Source of the DNA: an uncultured Chloroflexia bacterium
GTDB taxonomy: Bacteria; Chloroflexota; Ktedonobacteria; Ktedonobacterales; JADMIN01
Reading direction: 5' to 3'
Assembly (NCBI GenBank): GCA_963718915.1
Contig: CAVRAI010000016.1
Location: 1-17,093, forward strand
DNA length: 17,093 nucleotides
In this document: one piece after another, positions 7,869-16,533 of the stretch
Layout of the letters: every line of letters starts with the position of its first letter
How positions within the stretch are numbered: position 1 is the stretch's first letter
Translations under genes and position numbers: made by a program
Notes under the pieces: generated by a model
What the model saw: only the letters and a program-made list of their open reading frames with translations
Databases searched by the model: none
What the model was told of the DNA's origin: nothing

Positions 7869-8450
7869 TCACCCACCATCAGTCTGGGCGCGCTCCATAT
7901 CCTGCCATTCGTGATCGAGGATGGCATAGTGGAGCATGTCCCACCAGCCATCTCCCGCCCACTCGACCTCGCGCAGGCGGCCTTCATATGTCATGCCCAG
8001 CCGCTCCATCACCCGCGCGGAGGCGGTATTCGCGGGATGGCACTCGGCGAAGATGCGGTGGAGGCGCAGCCTGGTAAACCCCAGCCGTAGCAGGGCCGCG
8101 CCCGCCTCGGTGGCATAGCCCTGACCCCACCAGGCGCGGTGCAGCGTGTAGCCCAGTTCCGCCTGCCAGCGTTTCTGGTCGCCCGCCCAATACAGGCCGC
8201 CAAAACCGATCAACTCGTTCCGGGTGGTATGGACGAATGCGAATGGCCGGGCGCGTGGGGGGCGCTCCTGCTCCCAATCGCGCAGCATCTCGATCAGGTC
8301 GCGGGTCTCCTGCTCGGAGAGCGGCGCGCCTGAGATGTAACGCTGCACGTCGGCGTCGCTGGTGAAGGCATGAATCGCGGGCCAGTCCGCCGGATCCAGT
8401 GGGCGTAATGTGAGACGTGGCGTTATGAGCGGCGCCATTGATAGAAACAT
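7869..8450 (-). CDS. GNAT family N-acetyltransferase (RimJ/RimL-like)
   Basis: LTLRPLDPADWPAIHAFTSDADVQRYI, then ..GYTLHRAWWGQGYATEAGAALLRLGF..LHRIFAECHPANTASARVMERLGMTYEGRLRE. The ORF track starts at 8459. The ATG at 8450 has GGGAGGA at better spacing. Confidence 0.85.
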   Translation of the reverse strand: MFLSMAPLITPRLTLRPLDPADWPAIHAFTSDADVQRYISGAPLSEQETRDLIEMLRDWEQERPPRARPFAFVHTTRNELIGFGGLYWAGDQKRWQAELGYTLHRAWWGQGYATEAGAALLRLGFTRLRLHRIFAECHPANTASARVMERLGMTYEGRLREVEWAGDGWWDMLHYAILDHEWQDMERAQTDGG

Positions 8451-8542
8451 GCCCCACATTCCTCCCTGCCAGCCAGCGATAGTAGCTGCTTCTCAAGAGC
8501 CCCTCATAACATACCCTATCATACAGGCTGTGGCTTATGGCG

Positions 8543-8548
8543 TATAAT
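8543..8548 (+). promoter_or_regulatory. Possible -10 box (TATAAT) for the M16 peptidase gene
   Basis: Perfect TATAAT about 65 nt upstream of the ATG at 8615 in the divergent GNAT/M16 intergenic region. The -35 is poor. Confidence 0.35.
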
Positions 8549-8614
8549 GCTATGCCGGACTCGTCGTTGTCTCAACAAAGAGTCGGCGTGTGTATCCGTG
8601 ATTCATGAACAGGT

Positions 8615-9892
8615 ATGGCCCGCATGTATGTTCGCACAACTTTGCCAAATGGCTTGCGTCTGGTAACCGCCCCCATTTCCCACGTACGCTCGGTAAGCAT
8701 CGCGTTTTTCTTTGGCGTCGGTTCGCGCTACGAGCCAGACGAAATCGCTGGCGTCTCGCACTTCATCGAGCATATGGTCTTCAAGGGGTCGAAGCGTTAT
8801 CCCTCCGCTCAGCTCATCTCCGAGACCATCGAGGGCGTCGGCGGCATGCTCAACGCCGCCACTGACCGCGAGACCACCATCTACACCGCGCGGATTGCCA
8901 GCCGCTACTTCGAGCAGGCGATGGATATGCTGGCCGATATGGTGCGCCAGCCGCTCTTCGTGCGGGACGAAATCGGACGCGAGCGCCGCGTGATTTCCGA
9001 AGAGATCGGCATGTATATGGACGATCCCGGCTCGTGGGTGAGCGTGTTGGCCAACGAGCAGTTCTGGCTGAATACGCCGCTGGGACGCGAAATCGCGGGC
9101 ACGCGCGAGACGGTGCAAAAGATGCCGGAGTTTGCCATTCGCGAATATCACGCGCGCCACTACCTGCCCAACAACCTCGTCATCAGTGTCGCGGGCGACG
9201 TGACGCCGGAGCGCGTCGAGCAGGTGGCGACACAACTGCTGGGCGACTGGCAGTCACAGCCCGCTCCCGTCTGGACTCCCTGCCCGCCCGCCGCGGACGC
9301 GCCGCGCGTGCGGCTGGAGCAACGCGATACCGAACAGACGAACTTCGATCTGCTGATGCCGGGACTATCCTACGCCGACCCTGACCGTTACGCGCTCTCG
9401 CTGCTGAACACAATCTTTGGCGACAGCATGAGCTCGCGGCTCTTCCTGGAGGTACGCGAGCGGCAGGGGCTGGCCTACGATGTCGGCTCGGCGCCAATTC
9501 AGTATCATGATACGGGCGCGTTCGCGATTACGGCGGGGGTTGCCCCAGAGCAGACCGAGGCGGCGCTGACGGCGATTCTCCGCGAAGTGGCGCGCATCCG
9601 CGACGAACCGGTGACGCCTGAGGAGTTGGCGCGCGCCAAGGAGTATACACGCGGACGATTTACGCTTGGCCAGGAAAATACCAGCGCCGTCTCGGGTTGG
9701 TATGGCGCGCAGGAAATGGAACTGAACGAGATTCACGAACTAGACGAAGAACTGGACTATTTTGACGCCGTCACCCGCGAGGATATCCAGCGCGTGGCGA
9801 AACGTATGTTCGTCGAGGAGTGGTTGCGTCTGGCGCTCATCGGCCCGCATCAGGATGCCGAGACATTCGAGCAACTGTTGCGCCTGCCATAG
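8615..9892 (+). CDS. M16 (pitrilysin/insulinase) family zinc peptidase
   Basis: Inverted zinc motif HFIEHMVFKG (HxxEH), a downstream catalytic-type E in RERRVISEEIGMY, and the typical N-terminus TTLPNGLRLV. An alternative start at 8624 is possible. Confidence 0.88.
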   Translation: MARMYVRTTLPNGLRLVTAPISHVRSVSIAFFFGVGSRYEPDEIAGVSHFIEHMVFKGSKRYPSAQLISETIEGVGGMLNAATDRETTIYTARIASRYFEQAMDMLADMVRQPLFVRDEIGRERRVISEEIGMYMDDPGSWVSVLANEQFWLNTPLGREIAGTRETVQKMPEFAIREYHARHYLPNNLVISVAGDVTPERVEQVATQLLGDWQSQPAPVWTPCPPAADAPRVRLEQRDTEQTNFDLLMPGLSYADPDRYALSLLNTIFGDSMSSRLFLEVRERQGLAYDVGSAPIQYHDTGAFAITAGVAPEQTEAALTAILREVARIRDEPVTPEELARAKEYTRGRFTLGQENTSAVSGWYGAQEMELNEIHELDEELDYFDAVTREDIQRVAKRMFVEEWLRLALIGPHQDAETFEQLLRLP

Positions 9893-9925
9893 CGGCGTTA
9901 GCGCCTAGCGCCTCTTACTGCTCGC

Positions 9926-10225
9926 CTACATTGTATCCCTCGTGGTCGCGCCGTCCGGCTCGACGGGGCGCTCGATGCTCCCCTCGACGATATGTGGCGT
10001 CGTGGGCGCGACGGGCGTTATCGGTGTGACCCGCGAGGGGACGTTGTCATCCTCATCGTCGCTCTCTGTGCCAGATAGCATCTGCGAGAGATTGAGGTCT
10101 TTGGTCGACTCGCGAAACTCTTTAAACATTTTGCCAAGCGATGATCCCATCTCAACCATCCGCTTTGGCCCAAACACCAGTAGCGCCAGCAACAAAAGAC
10201 CTATAATTTCGAGCCAGTGTGACAT
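9926..10225 (-). CDS. tatA: Twin-arginine translocase subunit TatA/E
   Basis: The sequence is IIGLLLLALLVFGPKRMVEMGSSLGKMFKEFRES, meaning a TM helix, the FGPKR hinge and an amphipathic helix, followed by an acidic tail. GGAGGT lies 5 nt upstream of the ATG. Confidence 0.88.
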   Translation of the reverse strand: MSHWLEIIGLLLLALLVFGPKRMVEMGSSLGKMFKEFRESTKDLNLSQMLSGTESDDEDDNVPSRVTPITPVAPTTPHIVEGSIERPVEPDGATTRDTM

Positions 10226-10274
10226 ACCGCACCTCCGACAGCCAGTTTTGCGCAGTCCGTGCTTTCATCATCCT

Positions 10275-10283
10275 ATTGTAGCA
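10275..10283 (-). promoter_or_regulatory. Possible extended -10 promoter (TGcTACAAT) for tatA
   Basis: The minus strand reads aaTGcTACAATagg about 50 nt upstream of the tatA ATG. No clear -35. Confidence 0.4.
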
Positions 10284-10550
10284 TTACTCTTTTACCCGCA
10301 CTATGAAGACGTGTATCAGGGCGGCAGCGGCTTCACACCAGGAACAGATTCCCCCTGAATACGCGACCCGTGAATAGTCGGCGTCCACGCCTACCCGAAC
10401 GGCTAGTCAAGCTGCCCGCCGAACGGCGGGTGCTGGCCACATCACGCGCGACGTATGCTCCTGTTATCCAACGCCACCCGATGTGAGCGCCGGGTGACGA
10501 GCATATAAACGAGGCGAAGCCTCAGAGCTATTCAGAGGAGCGAGGACGAG

Positions 10551-11483
10551 ATGGCAGATAAGACGACAACCAACACGCTGGGCGCGTTCTCCGACCAACT
10601 GGCCGATGTGGTTGCCACGGCGGCCGGCTGGATTGTGACGGTGGTGGCGCGCCCCCGGCAGACCGCGACCGGCATCCTGTGGAAGACCGAAAACGAAGTG
10701 ATTGTGATGACCGCCGACCACGTGGTCGAGCGCGAAGATGATATCAAAGTGGTGCTGCCGGATGGCAAAGAGGTCAAGGCGCAGTTGATTGGCCGCGACC
10801 CTGGCACCGACCTGGCGGCGCTCCGGCTCCCTGCCGATTCCCTCGGCGCGGGCGCCCCGACCGCCGACGCTGGCGCGACCCTGCGGCCTGGCAATCTGGT
10901 GCTGGCGATTGGCCGCCCCGGCAAGGATGGCCCTCGCGTCTCGTTCGGCGCAGTCAGCGCGATTGAGGGGCCGCGCCGCTCGTGGCATGGCGGCGAGATC
11001 GAGGGCGTCATCTTCGCCGATGTGACCCTCTATCCCGGCTTCTCCGGCGGTCCGCTGGTTGACCTTTCGGGCAAGCTCGTTGGGTTGAATAGCTCGCACC
11101 TCACCCGCCAGAATAGCAGCGCCATCCCGCTGGTGACGGTGGATCGCGTGGCGAAGACACTGCTGACGCATGGGCGGGTGCGCCGTGGCTATCTTGGCAT
11201 TGGCACCCAGCAGGTACCGCTGCCCGAGGCGCTGGCGCAGAAGGCTGGCCTGACGCAGGAGGCTGCGCTGCTGGTGGTGAATGTCGAGGCGGGTAGCCCG
11301 GCGGAACAGGGCGGCCTGATGCTGGGCGATCTGGTGGCGCTGGTGGCCGATCAGCCGATCATCGACGTGGATAGCCTGCGCGCGCAACTGACCAGCGACA
11401 AGCTCGGCCAGACGCTCCCGGTGCGTATCATTCGCGGCGGCGAGGTGCAGAACCTGACCATCACCCTCGGCGAGCGACAATAG
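10551..11483 (+). CDS. S1C (HtrA/DegP-like) trypsin-fold serine protease with a C-terminal PDZ domain, no signal peptide
   Basis: Catalytic triad contexts TADHVV, GTDLAAL and GFSGGPLV. PDZ-like region GYLGIG...GSPAEQGGLMLGDLV. RBS GAGGAGCGAGGA upstream. Confidence 0.88.
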   Translation: MADKTTTNTLGAFSDQLADVVATAAGWIVTVVARPRQTATGILWKTENEVIVMTADHVVEREDDIKVVLPDGKEVKAQLIGRDPGTDLAALRLPADSLGAGAPTADAGATLRPGNLVLAIGRPGKDGPRVSFGAVSAIEGPRRSWHGGEIEGVIFADVTLYPGFSGGPLVDLSGKLVGLNSSHLTRQNSSAIPLVTVDRVAKTLLTHGRVRRGYLGIGTQQVPLPEALAQKAGLTQEAALLVVNVEAGSPAEQGGLMLGDLVALVADQPIIDVDSLRAQLTSDKLGQTLPVRIIRGGEVQNLTITLGERQ

Positions 11484-11484
11484 T

Positions 11485-11545
11485 TGACCTCACCTCACCC
11501 CCTAACCCCCTCTCTCGCGAGGAGAGGGGGAACCAGAGTAGGCAA
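11485..11545 (+). repeat. C-tract/G-tract hairpin element, copy B (stem-loop 11506-11530)
   Basis: GACCTCA..CCCCCTCTC tcgcgag GAGAGGGGG AACCAGAGT, starting 2 nt after the stop of the first HtrA-like gene. Confidence 0.7.
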
Positions 11546-11589
11546 AGAGGGGGTTGCATATAAACACTTCTCGAAAGCGAGCATAGAGC

Positions 11590-12609
11590 ATGGGAACGCA
11601 ATTCGTTGCATCTGAGCTTTCGGACGAACTGGCCACTCTGGCGCGGCGCGTTCGTGAGAGCATGGTGCAGGTGCAGGCGGGGCCGCGCGGCATGGGATCC
11701 GGCGTCATCTGGAGCGTTGGCGAGCCAGATGCGACGGGCGAGGCTGAGGCGAACATCATCACCAACGCCCATGTCGTTGCCGCCGCCCGCGCGCAGACGC
11801 TGACCATCCGCCTGCACGATAGCCGTGAGCTCACGGCCACCGTCGCGGCGGTTGATCCAACACATGACCTGGCGCTGCTACGCACAAAGGCATCGGGCCT
11901 GCGCGCGGCTGAACAGGGCGATTCGGCGGCGCTACGGGTCGGCGAACTGGTGCTGGCGGTGGGTAATCCGTGGGGACGCGAGGGCGCGGTCACCGTCGGT
12001 GTGGTAGAGTCGCGCGCGCCCGCCGATCCCGACCTGGAACTCGAGCCTGCCGAGGATGAGAATGTCCCCGAGCAGCCGCCTGAGCGCGACCCACGCCGCG
12101 CCTGGGGAGTCTGGCGGCCACGACGTATCGAGCTGATTCAGGCCGATGTCCGACTCTATCCCGGCAACTCTGGTGGCCCACTCGCCGATGCGCGCGGGCG
12201 GGTTGTCGGCATCAACGCGATGGTGGGCGGTGGGTTGGGATTTGCCATTCCCAGCCGCACAGTGCAACAATTCGTGGCAGAGGCCGATGGCATCGAGCAT
12301 CCAGTCCTGCTGGGAGTCCAGGTCCTGACGGCTCAACTGCCCGAAGCATTGCGCCAGCGTCTCGGCATCCAGCAGGAAACGGCGCCGCTGATTGCGGCGG
12401 TTGAAACGGGCAGCGCGGGCGAGCGGGCCGGGCTGCTGGTGGGTGACATCCTGCTGGCGGTGGATGATGTGGCGGTTCGTGCCGCCGAGCATCTCGGACG
12501 CGTCCTCAACCGGACGAGCACGCGCGAGCAGCCGCGCACACTGACCATCGTCCGTGGGGGCGAGCGTCAGACACTCACCGTCACCCCGGCGACGGCTGAG
12601 GCAGCGTAG
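11590..12609 (+). CDS. Second S1C (HtrA-like) serine protease with PDZ domain, carrying an acidic ~29-aa loop insertion
   Basis: Triad contexts TNAHVV, THDLALL and GNSGGPL. PDZ-like region GSAGERAGLLVGDILLAVDD. The N-terminus parallels the upstream paralog. Insertion ADPDLELEPAEDENVPEQPPERDPRR lies at about 12010-12123. Confidence 0.88.
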   Translation: MGTQFVASELSDELATLARRVRESMVQVQAGPRGMGSGVIWSVGEPDATGEAEANIITNAHVVAAARAQTLTIRLHDSRELTATVAAVDPTHDLALLRTKASGLRAAEQGDSAALRVGELVLAVGNPWGREGAVTVGVVESRAPADPDLELEPAEDENVPEQPPERDPRRAWGVWRPRRIELIQADVRLYPGNSGGPLADARGRVVGINAMVGGGLGFAIPSRTVQQFVAEADGIEHPVLLGVQVLTAQLPEALRQRLGIQQETAPLIAAVETGSAGERAGLLVGDILLAVDDVAVRAAEHLGRVLNRTSTREQPRTLTIVRGGERQTLTVTPATAEAA

Positions 12610-12611
12610 GC

Positions 12612-12662
12612 GAACCTCTCCCCCTACCCCCTCCCCTCGAGGGGAGGGGCCGCAGTCAGAGG
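12612..12662 (+). repeat. C-tract/G-tract hairpin element, copy C (perfect 22-nt palindrome 12628-12649)
   Basis: CCCCTCCCCTCGAGGGGAGGGG, starting 3 nt after the stop of the second HtrA-like gene. The tail is more diverged (GCCGCAGTCAGAGG). Confidence 0.65.
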
Positions 12663-12717
12663 ATCCGCCTGATCTGGATACTTATCGCTTAATGATCGGA
12701 TTTGAGGTGGGAACCGC

Positions 12718-13428
12718 ATGCTGGTCTACGTCGTCGCGAGCTACCCGACGGTGCGCGCTGGACTGGCGACACTGGTCGGCGCGTTGCCGGGCTGGAGCGT
12801 CGCTGGGCAGAGCGCGCCTGAGAGCCTGACCGCGCTCCCCGGCGGCGATGCCAACCGTGGCACGGTTCTGCCGCAGCCGCCCGATGTTGTGCTGGCCGAC
12901 CTCGACGACGAGACCGACGCGGCGATGGTCGATGGCTGGCTGGAGGCGTTGCGCCCCACCGCCGGGCTGGTGGCGCTTTCGGCGGAGGCCCAGGGACGGC
13001 GTGGCGAGCGCAATGCCAGTATCATGCTGCTCAACGAACTGGCGCATGTCGTGGGTGATCGTGGCCTGGCGTTTGGCGCGCTGCGGCGGGATGCGACGCC
13101 CGAAGAGATTGCCGCCGCCCTTGGCGCGGTGGCGGGTGGGCTATTGACGCTCGACCGGCGGTTCGCGCCGCTGCTGCTCCAGCCGACGATCACACTGGCG
13201 CCCGCGCCGGAACGGCTCACCGGGCCAGAAGAGCCGCTGACCGCGCGCGAGCTGGAGGTTCTGCAACTGCTGGCGGAGGGCCTGCCCAACAAGATCATCG
13301 CGACGCGGCTGCACATCACCGAACATACCGCCAAGTTCCACGTCTCCTCGATCCTGATGAAGCTGGGCGCGGCCAGCCGGACCGAGGCGGTGACGATGGC
13401 TGCTCGGCGCGGCCTGCTCATCCTGTAA
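12718..13428 (+). CDS. LuxR/NarL-family transcriptional regulator with an atypical (pseudo-)receiver domain
   Basis: C-terminal HTH LTARELEVLQLLAEGLPNKIIATRLHITEHTAKFHVSSILMKLGA. The N-terminal receiver-like fold has AS in place of the acidic DD pair (MLVYVVASYP) and R where the conserved K is expected. The DVVLADLD aspartate is retained. Confidence 0.85.
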   Translation: MLVYVVASYPTVRAGLATLVGALPGWSVAGQSAPESLTALPGGDANRGTVLPQPPDVVLADLDDETDAAMVDGWLEALRPTAGLVALSAEAQGRRGERNASIMLLNELAHVVGDRGLAFGALRRDATPEEIAAALGAVAGGLLTLDRRFAPLLLQPTITLAPAPERLTGPEEPLTARELEVLQLLAEGLPNKIIATRLHITEHTAKFHVSSILMKLGAASRTEAVTMAARRGLLIL

Positions 13429-13542
13429 GCGCGGATATCGTCCCAAAGATGACAGCAAATGACACAAGATGGCGGGAATGCTGTATCATAGTGTGCTGGC
13501 GGCAACATTCCCGCGATTGCGAACACCGCGCATGGCGGGCGC

Positions 13543-13685
13543 GGCAGACCGTAGCGTGAACGCTACGGCGAATTTCCCGCCGCTTCGCTGGCGCTCTCTG
13601 GTTCATTCGCCGGGGCCTTCAGGCTCCGGTTGGTTCGCCCTACGACACTGTTCGGAGTAAATCATGAAACTTCATTATGCTCCGG
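13543..13685. repeat. Modular intergenic repeat, locus 2: CCGTAGCG hairpin (13543-13581), GCCGGGGCC hairpin module, and one 63-bp-type unit (13625-13685)
   Basis: GGCAGACCGTAGCGtgaaCGCTACGGCGAATTTCCCGCC is the inverted counterpart of 7546-7584. GCCGGGGCCTTCAGGCTCCGG matches the reverse complement of 7508-7531. The terminal unit matches 7585-7634 in direct orientation. Confidence 0.65.
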
Positions 13686-13900
13686 CACGTCCACCCTGGC
13701 ACGCTATTTGGAGGTCATTCTTGAACTTCATCAGGCCAGGGCTCATCCTGAAATGAGCATACCCGCTCGCCCTCAATAAGGGCGCTGAGCGACGGGGATT
13801 AGCCTGCCGCTGGTACACCCAAGACACAGCGCGCCATGTGATTCAGTGTCCGCCTGTGCCGTTTGTCTGTCTCGTACAAAATAGAGGAAATCTAGACTCG

Positions 13901-15780
13901 ATGATATTCCCCTCGTCGCGGCGCTCCTCCTTTCACGGGCGCAGGCCATCGCCCAATGGCGAAGAAGATCGGCTGACACCGAAGAAAGTCTTCACCGCGC
14001 TCGCGAGTCTGCCGCGCGTGTTGCGGCTCGTCTGGCGTATCTCGCCCATCTTCACGGTGCTGCTGGGCGTGTTGTATATCCTGCAGGGCTTCCTGCCAGC
14101 CGCCACCGCGTTCATCGCGGGCACACTGGTCGACGCCGTCGTCCACGCGATCCAGTTTCGCGGCGCCAATGGCACGACCACCGTTGTCGTCTGGCTCGTC
14201 GTGGCGCAGTTCAGCATCCAGGGGCTTTCGAGCCTGCTCAGCACCCTCTCGAATATCACTCAGCAACTGCTTCAGGAGCGCGTCACGCAGCAGGTGCAGC
14301 TACTGGTGATGGAGAAAGCCAACACGCTTGACCTCTCCTTCTTCGAGGACGCGACATTCTATGATGCGCTGCAGCGGGCGCAGAGTGAGGCGGCGTCGCG
14401 GCCCACCAGCATGATCTCGCAGACCTTCGGCCTCGGCCAGACCATCGTGACACTGCTCTCGATGATCTTCGTGCTGACCCAGCTCGCCTGGTGGATGGCG
14501 CTGGTCGCGCTGATCGCGCCGCTGCCCGCGTTCTTCGCCAGCATGCGCTATGGCTGGTGGGGCTATCAGATGATGCGGCGGCAGTCGCCGCTCCGGCGCG
14601 AGATGAGCTATTACAACAACCTGCTCACCACCGACACCTACAACAAAGAGATCAAACTCTTCACGCTCGGCGATTTCTTCATCAGGCTCTATCGCACGCT
14701 CTCCAACCGCTATTATATCGAGGCGCGCAGCATTATCGTCCCGCGCTACCTCGCCGCGTTCTTCTGGGGACTGGGCAGCCTGGTGGTCAACGGTTTTATC
14801 TACCTCTACATCGCCCTCCAGACCGTCGCTGGGCATATCACGCTGGGCAAACTGACGTTCTACAGCCAGGCGGCGCTTTCGGTTGGCAACAGCTTCCAGT
14901 CGCTGCTCAGTGGCATCTCCTCGACCTATGAGAACAACCTCTTCATCAATACGCTCTTCGAGTTCCTGGACTACCAGCCGCGCATCGTCAGCCCGCCCAA
15001 CGGCCTCAAGCCCGAAGGCGACGACCTGACCATCGAGTTCCGCGACGTCAGCTTCACCTATCCGGGACGCGAGAGCGCGGGCGCGGCGCTGCGTCATGTG
15101 AGCTTTCGCATCGAGCCGGGCGAGGCCATCGCGCTGGTGGGCCGCAACGGCGCGGGCAAGACCACCATCGTCAAGCTGCTGACACGGCTCTACGATCCCG
15201 ACGAGGGGCAGATTCTGGTCAACGGCCACGACGTCCGCGAGTACGATCTGGCGGCGCTGCGCGACCGGATCGGCGTCATTTTCCAGGATTACGTCACCTA
15301 CTGGCTGACGGCGTCGCGCAATATCGGCGTCGGCAATATCGAGGAGATAGACGACCAGGAGGGCGTGCGCGCGGCGGCGGGCAAAAGCGGCGCGAGCGCG
15401 GTGATCGAAAAGCTGCCCGATGCCTATAAGACGATGCTGGGCAAGTGGTTCGACACGGGCCAGCAGTTTTCCGGTGGCGAATGGCAGAAGATTGCGCTGG
15501 CGCGGGCCTTTATGCGCGACGCGAGCCTGCTGATTCTGGACGAGCCGACCAGCTCGCTCGATCCTCAGGCCGAGTATGAGGTCTTCGCGCGCTTCCGCGA
15601 GCTGACGCGGGGAAGTCGGCCATCTTCATCTCGCACCGCTTCAGCACCGTCAGATTAGCGAACCGCATCCTGGTGCTGGAGAACGGCGGCATCCGTGAGA
15701 GCGGCACCCACGAGGAGCTGCTGGCGCTGGAGGGCCGCTATGCCCAGCTGTTCTCGCTCCAGGCCGAGGCGTACCGGTGA
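13901..15780 (+). pseudogene. ABC exporter (fused 6-TM permease and ATPase) interrupted by a 1-nt frameshift in a G run
   Basis: Walker A GRNGAGKTT, Q-loop VIFQD, signature FSGGEWQKIALARA and Walker B LLILDEPTSSLD lie in the first frame, which ends at 15658. The H-loop and C-terminus KSAIFISHRFSTVRLANRILVLENGGIRESGTHEELLALEGRYAQLFSLQAEAYR* read in the adjacent frame from 15613 to 15780. The switch is at GGGG 15609-15612. The likely start is the ATG at 13901 (MIFPSS...); the ORF track opens at 13838. Confidence 0.85.
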
Positions 15781-15828
15781 GGGGAGTGATCTGGACGGCA
15801 GAGCCAATGGCGTCACCTGTGGCTGTCG

Positions 15829-15941
15829 GCGTGTGACGGGGGATGTGGCGCACAGGGATCCCCAGCGGCTCCAGTTGTGGCCAAATCGTTCAGTTGTGGC
15901 CAATATCCAGGGTGGCCATAACTGATGCTGTTGGCCACAAC
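15829..15941 (+). repeat. Site cluster 1: 45-bp left flank plus four 11-bp sites (a-b-spacer-b'-a')
   Basis: GTTGTGGCCAA (15874-15884), GTTGTGGCCAA (15893-15903), spacer TATCCAGG, GTGGCCATAAC (15912-15922), TTGGCCACAAC (15931-15941). The flank GCGTGTGACGGGGGATGTGGCGCAC is identical to 16396-16420. Confidence 0.75.
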
Positions 15942-16060
15942 TGGCGCGACGCTCCTACAGTGGCGGTAGTTGCCATCGCCGTGGCCGTGGCCATGAGTAG
16001 TATGGGTCGGAACCGCACGAGAACGCGAATAGAACTGGAACCGGAACAGGAGCTTCTAAT

Positions 16061-16339
16061 ATGACAATGACTCTCGACCAGATGATTGCGGCGCGGCGTT
16101 GTCCGCGCTGTGGGCATGAGCATACCTTAGAAGCCCAGGACGTGGAGGAGACGCTTACAGTGGGGAGTACCGTGGTGCAGGTGTCTGTGCGCGCGGGCGT
16201 GTGTTCGTACTGTGGCGAGCGCGTCTTCGATCCAGTGGCGACGGGTAGGATTGATGCCGTCATCCGCGCGGTGCGTGAGGGCGATACCTCCCATCTCGTC
16301 CCCGTGGGACAGGTCTATCGGGTGTCTGAGCCAGTCTGA
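16061..16339 (+). CDS. YgiT/MqsA-N-terminal-type zinc-finger protein (92 aa), no HTH domain
   Basis: Two CxxC pairs in the family-typical context (CPRCGHE...TVVQVSVRAGVCSYCGERVFD). GGAG lies 9 nt upstream of the ATG. It is the only convincing ORF in the last 1.3 kb. Confidence 0.6.
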   Translation: MTMTLDQMIAARRCPRCGHEHTLEAQDVEETLTVGSTVVQVSVRAGVCSYCGERVFDPVATGRIDAVIRAVREGDTSHLVPVGQVYRVSEPV

Positions 16340-16353
16340 GCCAGTCTGAGCCT
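16324..16353 (+). repeat. 10-bp tandem repeat x3 (GTCTGAGCCA) spanning the zinc-finger ORF stop codon
   Basis: GTCTGAGCCA GTCTGAGCCA GTCTGAGCCT. The three TGA triplets (16327, 16337, 16347) fall in the three different reading frames. Confidence 0.85.
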
Positions 16354-16395
16354 GTATTTTGGCTTCTTCCGGCTTCTCCTGGCAAGCCGTGATGA

Positions 16396-16470
16396 GCGTG
16401 TGACGGGGGATGTGGCGCACGGGATGCCCAGCGGCGTCTGTTGTGGCCAATATCTCAGGTTGGCCACAAC
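16396..16470 (+). repeat. Site cluster 2: same left flank plus one perfect inverted pair of 11-bp sites
   Basis: GTTGTGGCCAA (16440-16450), TATCTCAGG, TTGGCCACAAC (16460-16470). The arms are perfectly complementary around an asymmetric 9-bp spacer. Confidence 0.75.
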
Positions 16471-16533
16471 TGAAAGCTGCATCTCCGCTGGGGTGGCTGC
16501 CTGCGGAATGTGGACAGGTGGCGAGACCGCTGG

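Noticed and set aside
10464-11480. Long antisense ORFs opposite recognisable genes (this one opposite htrA-like 1; also 6406-7404, 6273-6905, 14300-15229, 12741-13526, 11932-12492, 8603-9235, 2202-2876, 4796-5506)
   Set aside because: These are typical shadow ORFs of GC-rich DNA. They have Arg/Ala/Gly/Pro/His-rich low-complexity translations and no motifs, and each fully overlaps a gene with clear family signatures on the other strand.
15843-16064. ORFs 15843-16064 and 16410-16592, both starting MWRTG
   Set aside because: They start inside the shared 45-bp flank of site clusters 1 and 2. A 1-nt indel between the copies breaks the frame immediately, so the conservation is DNA-level and not coding.
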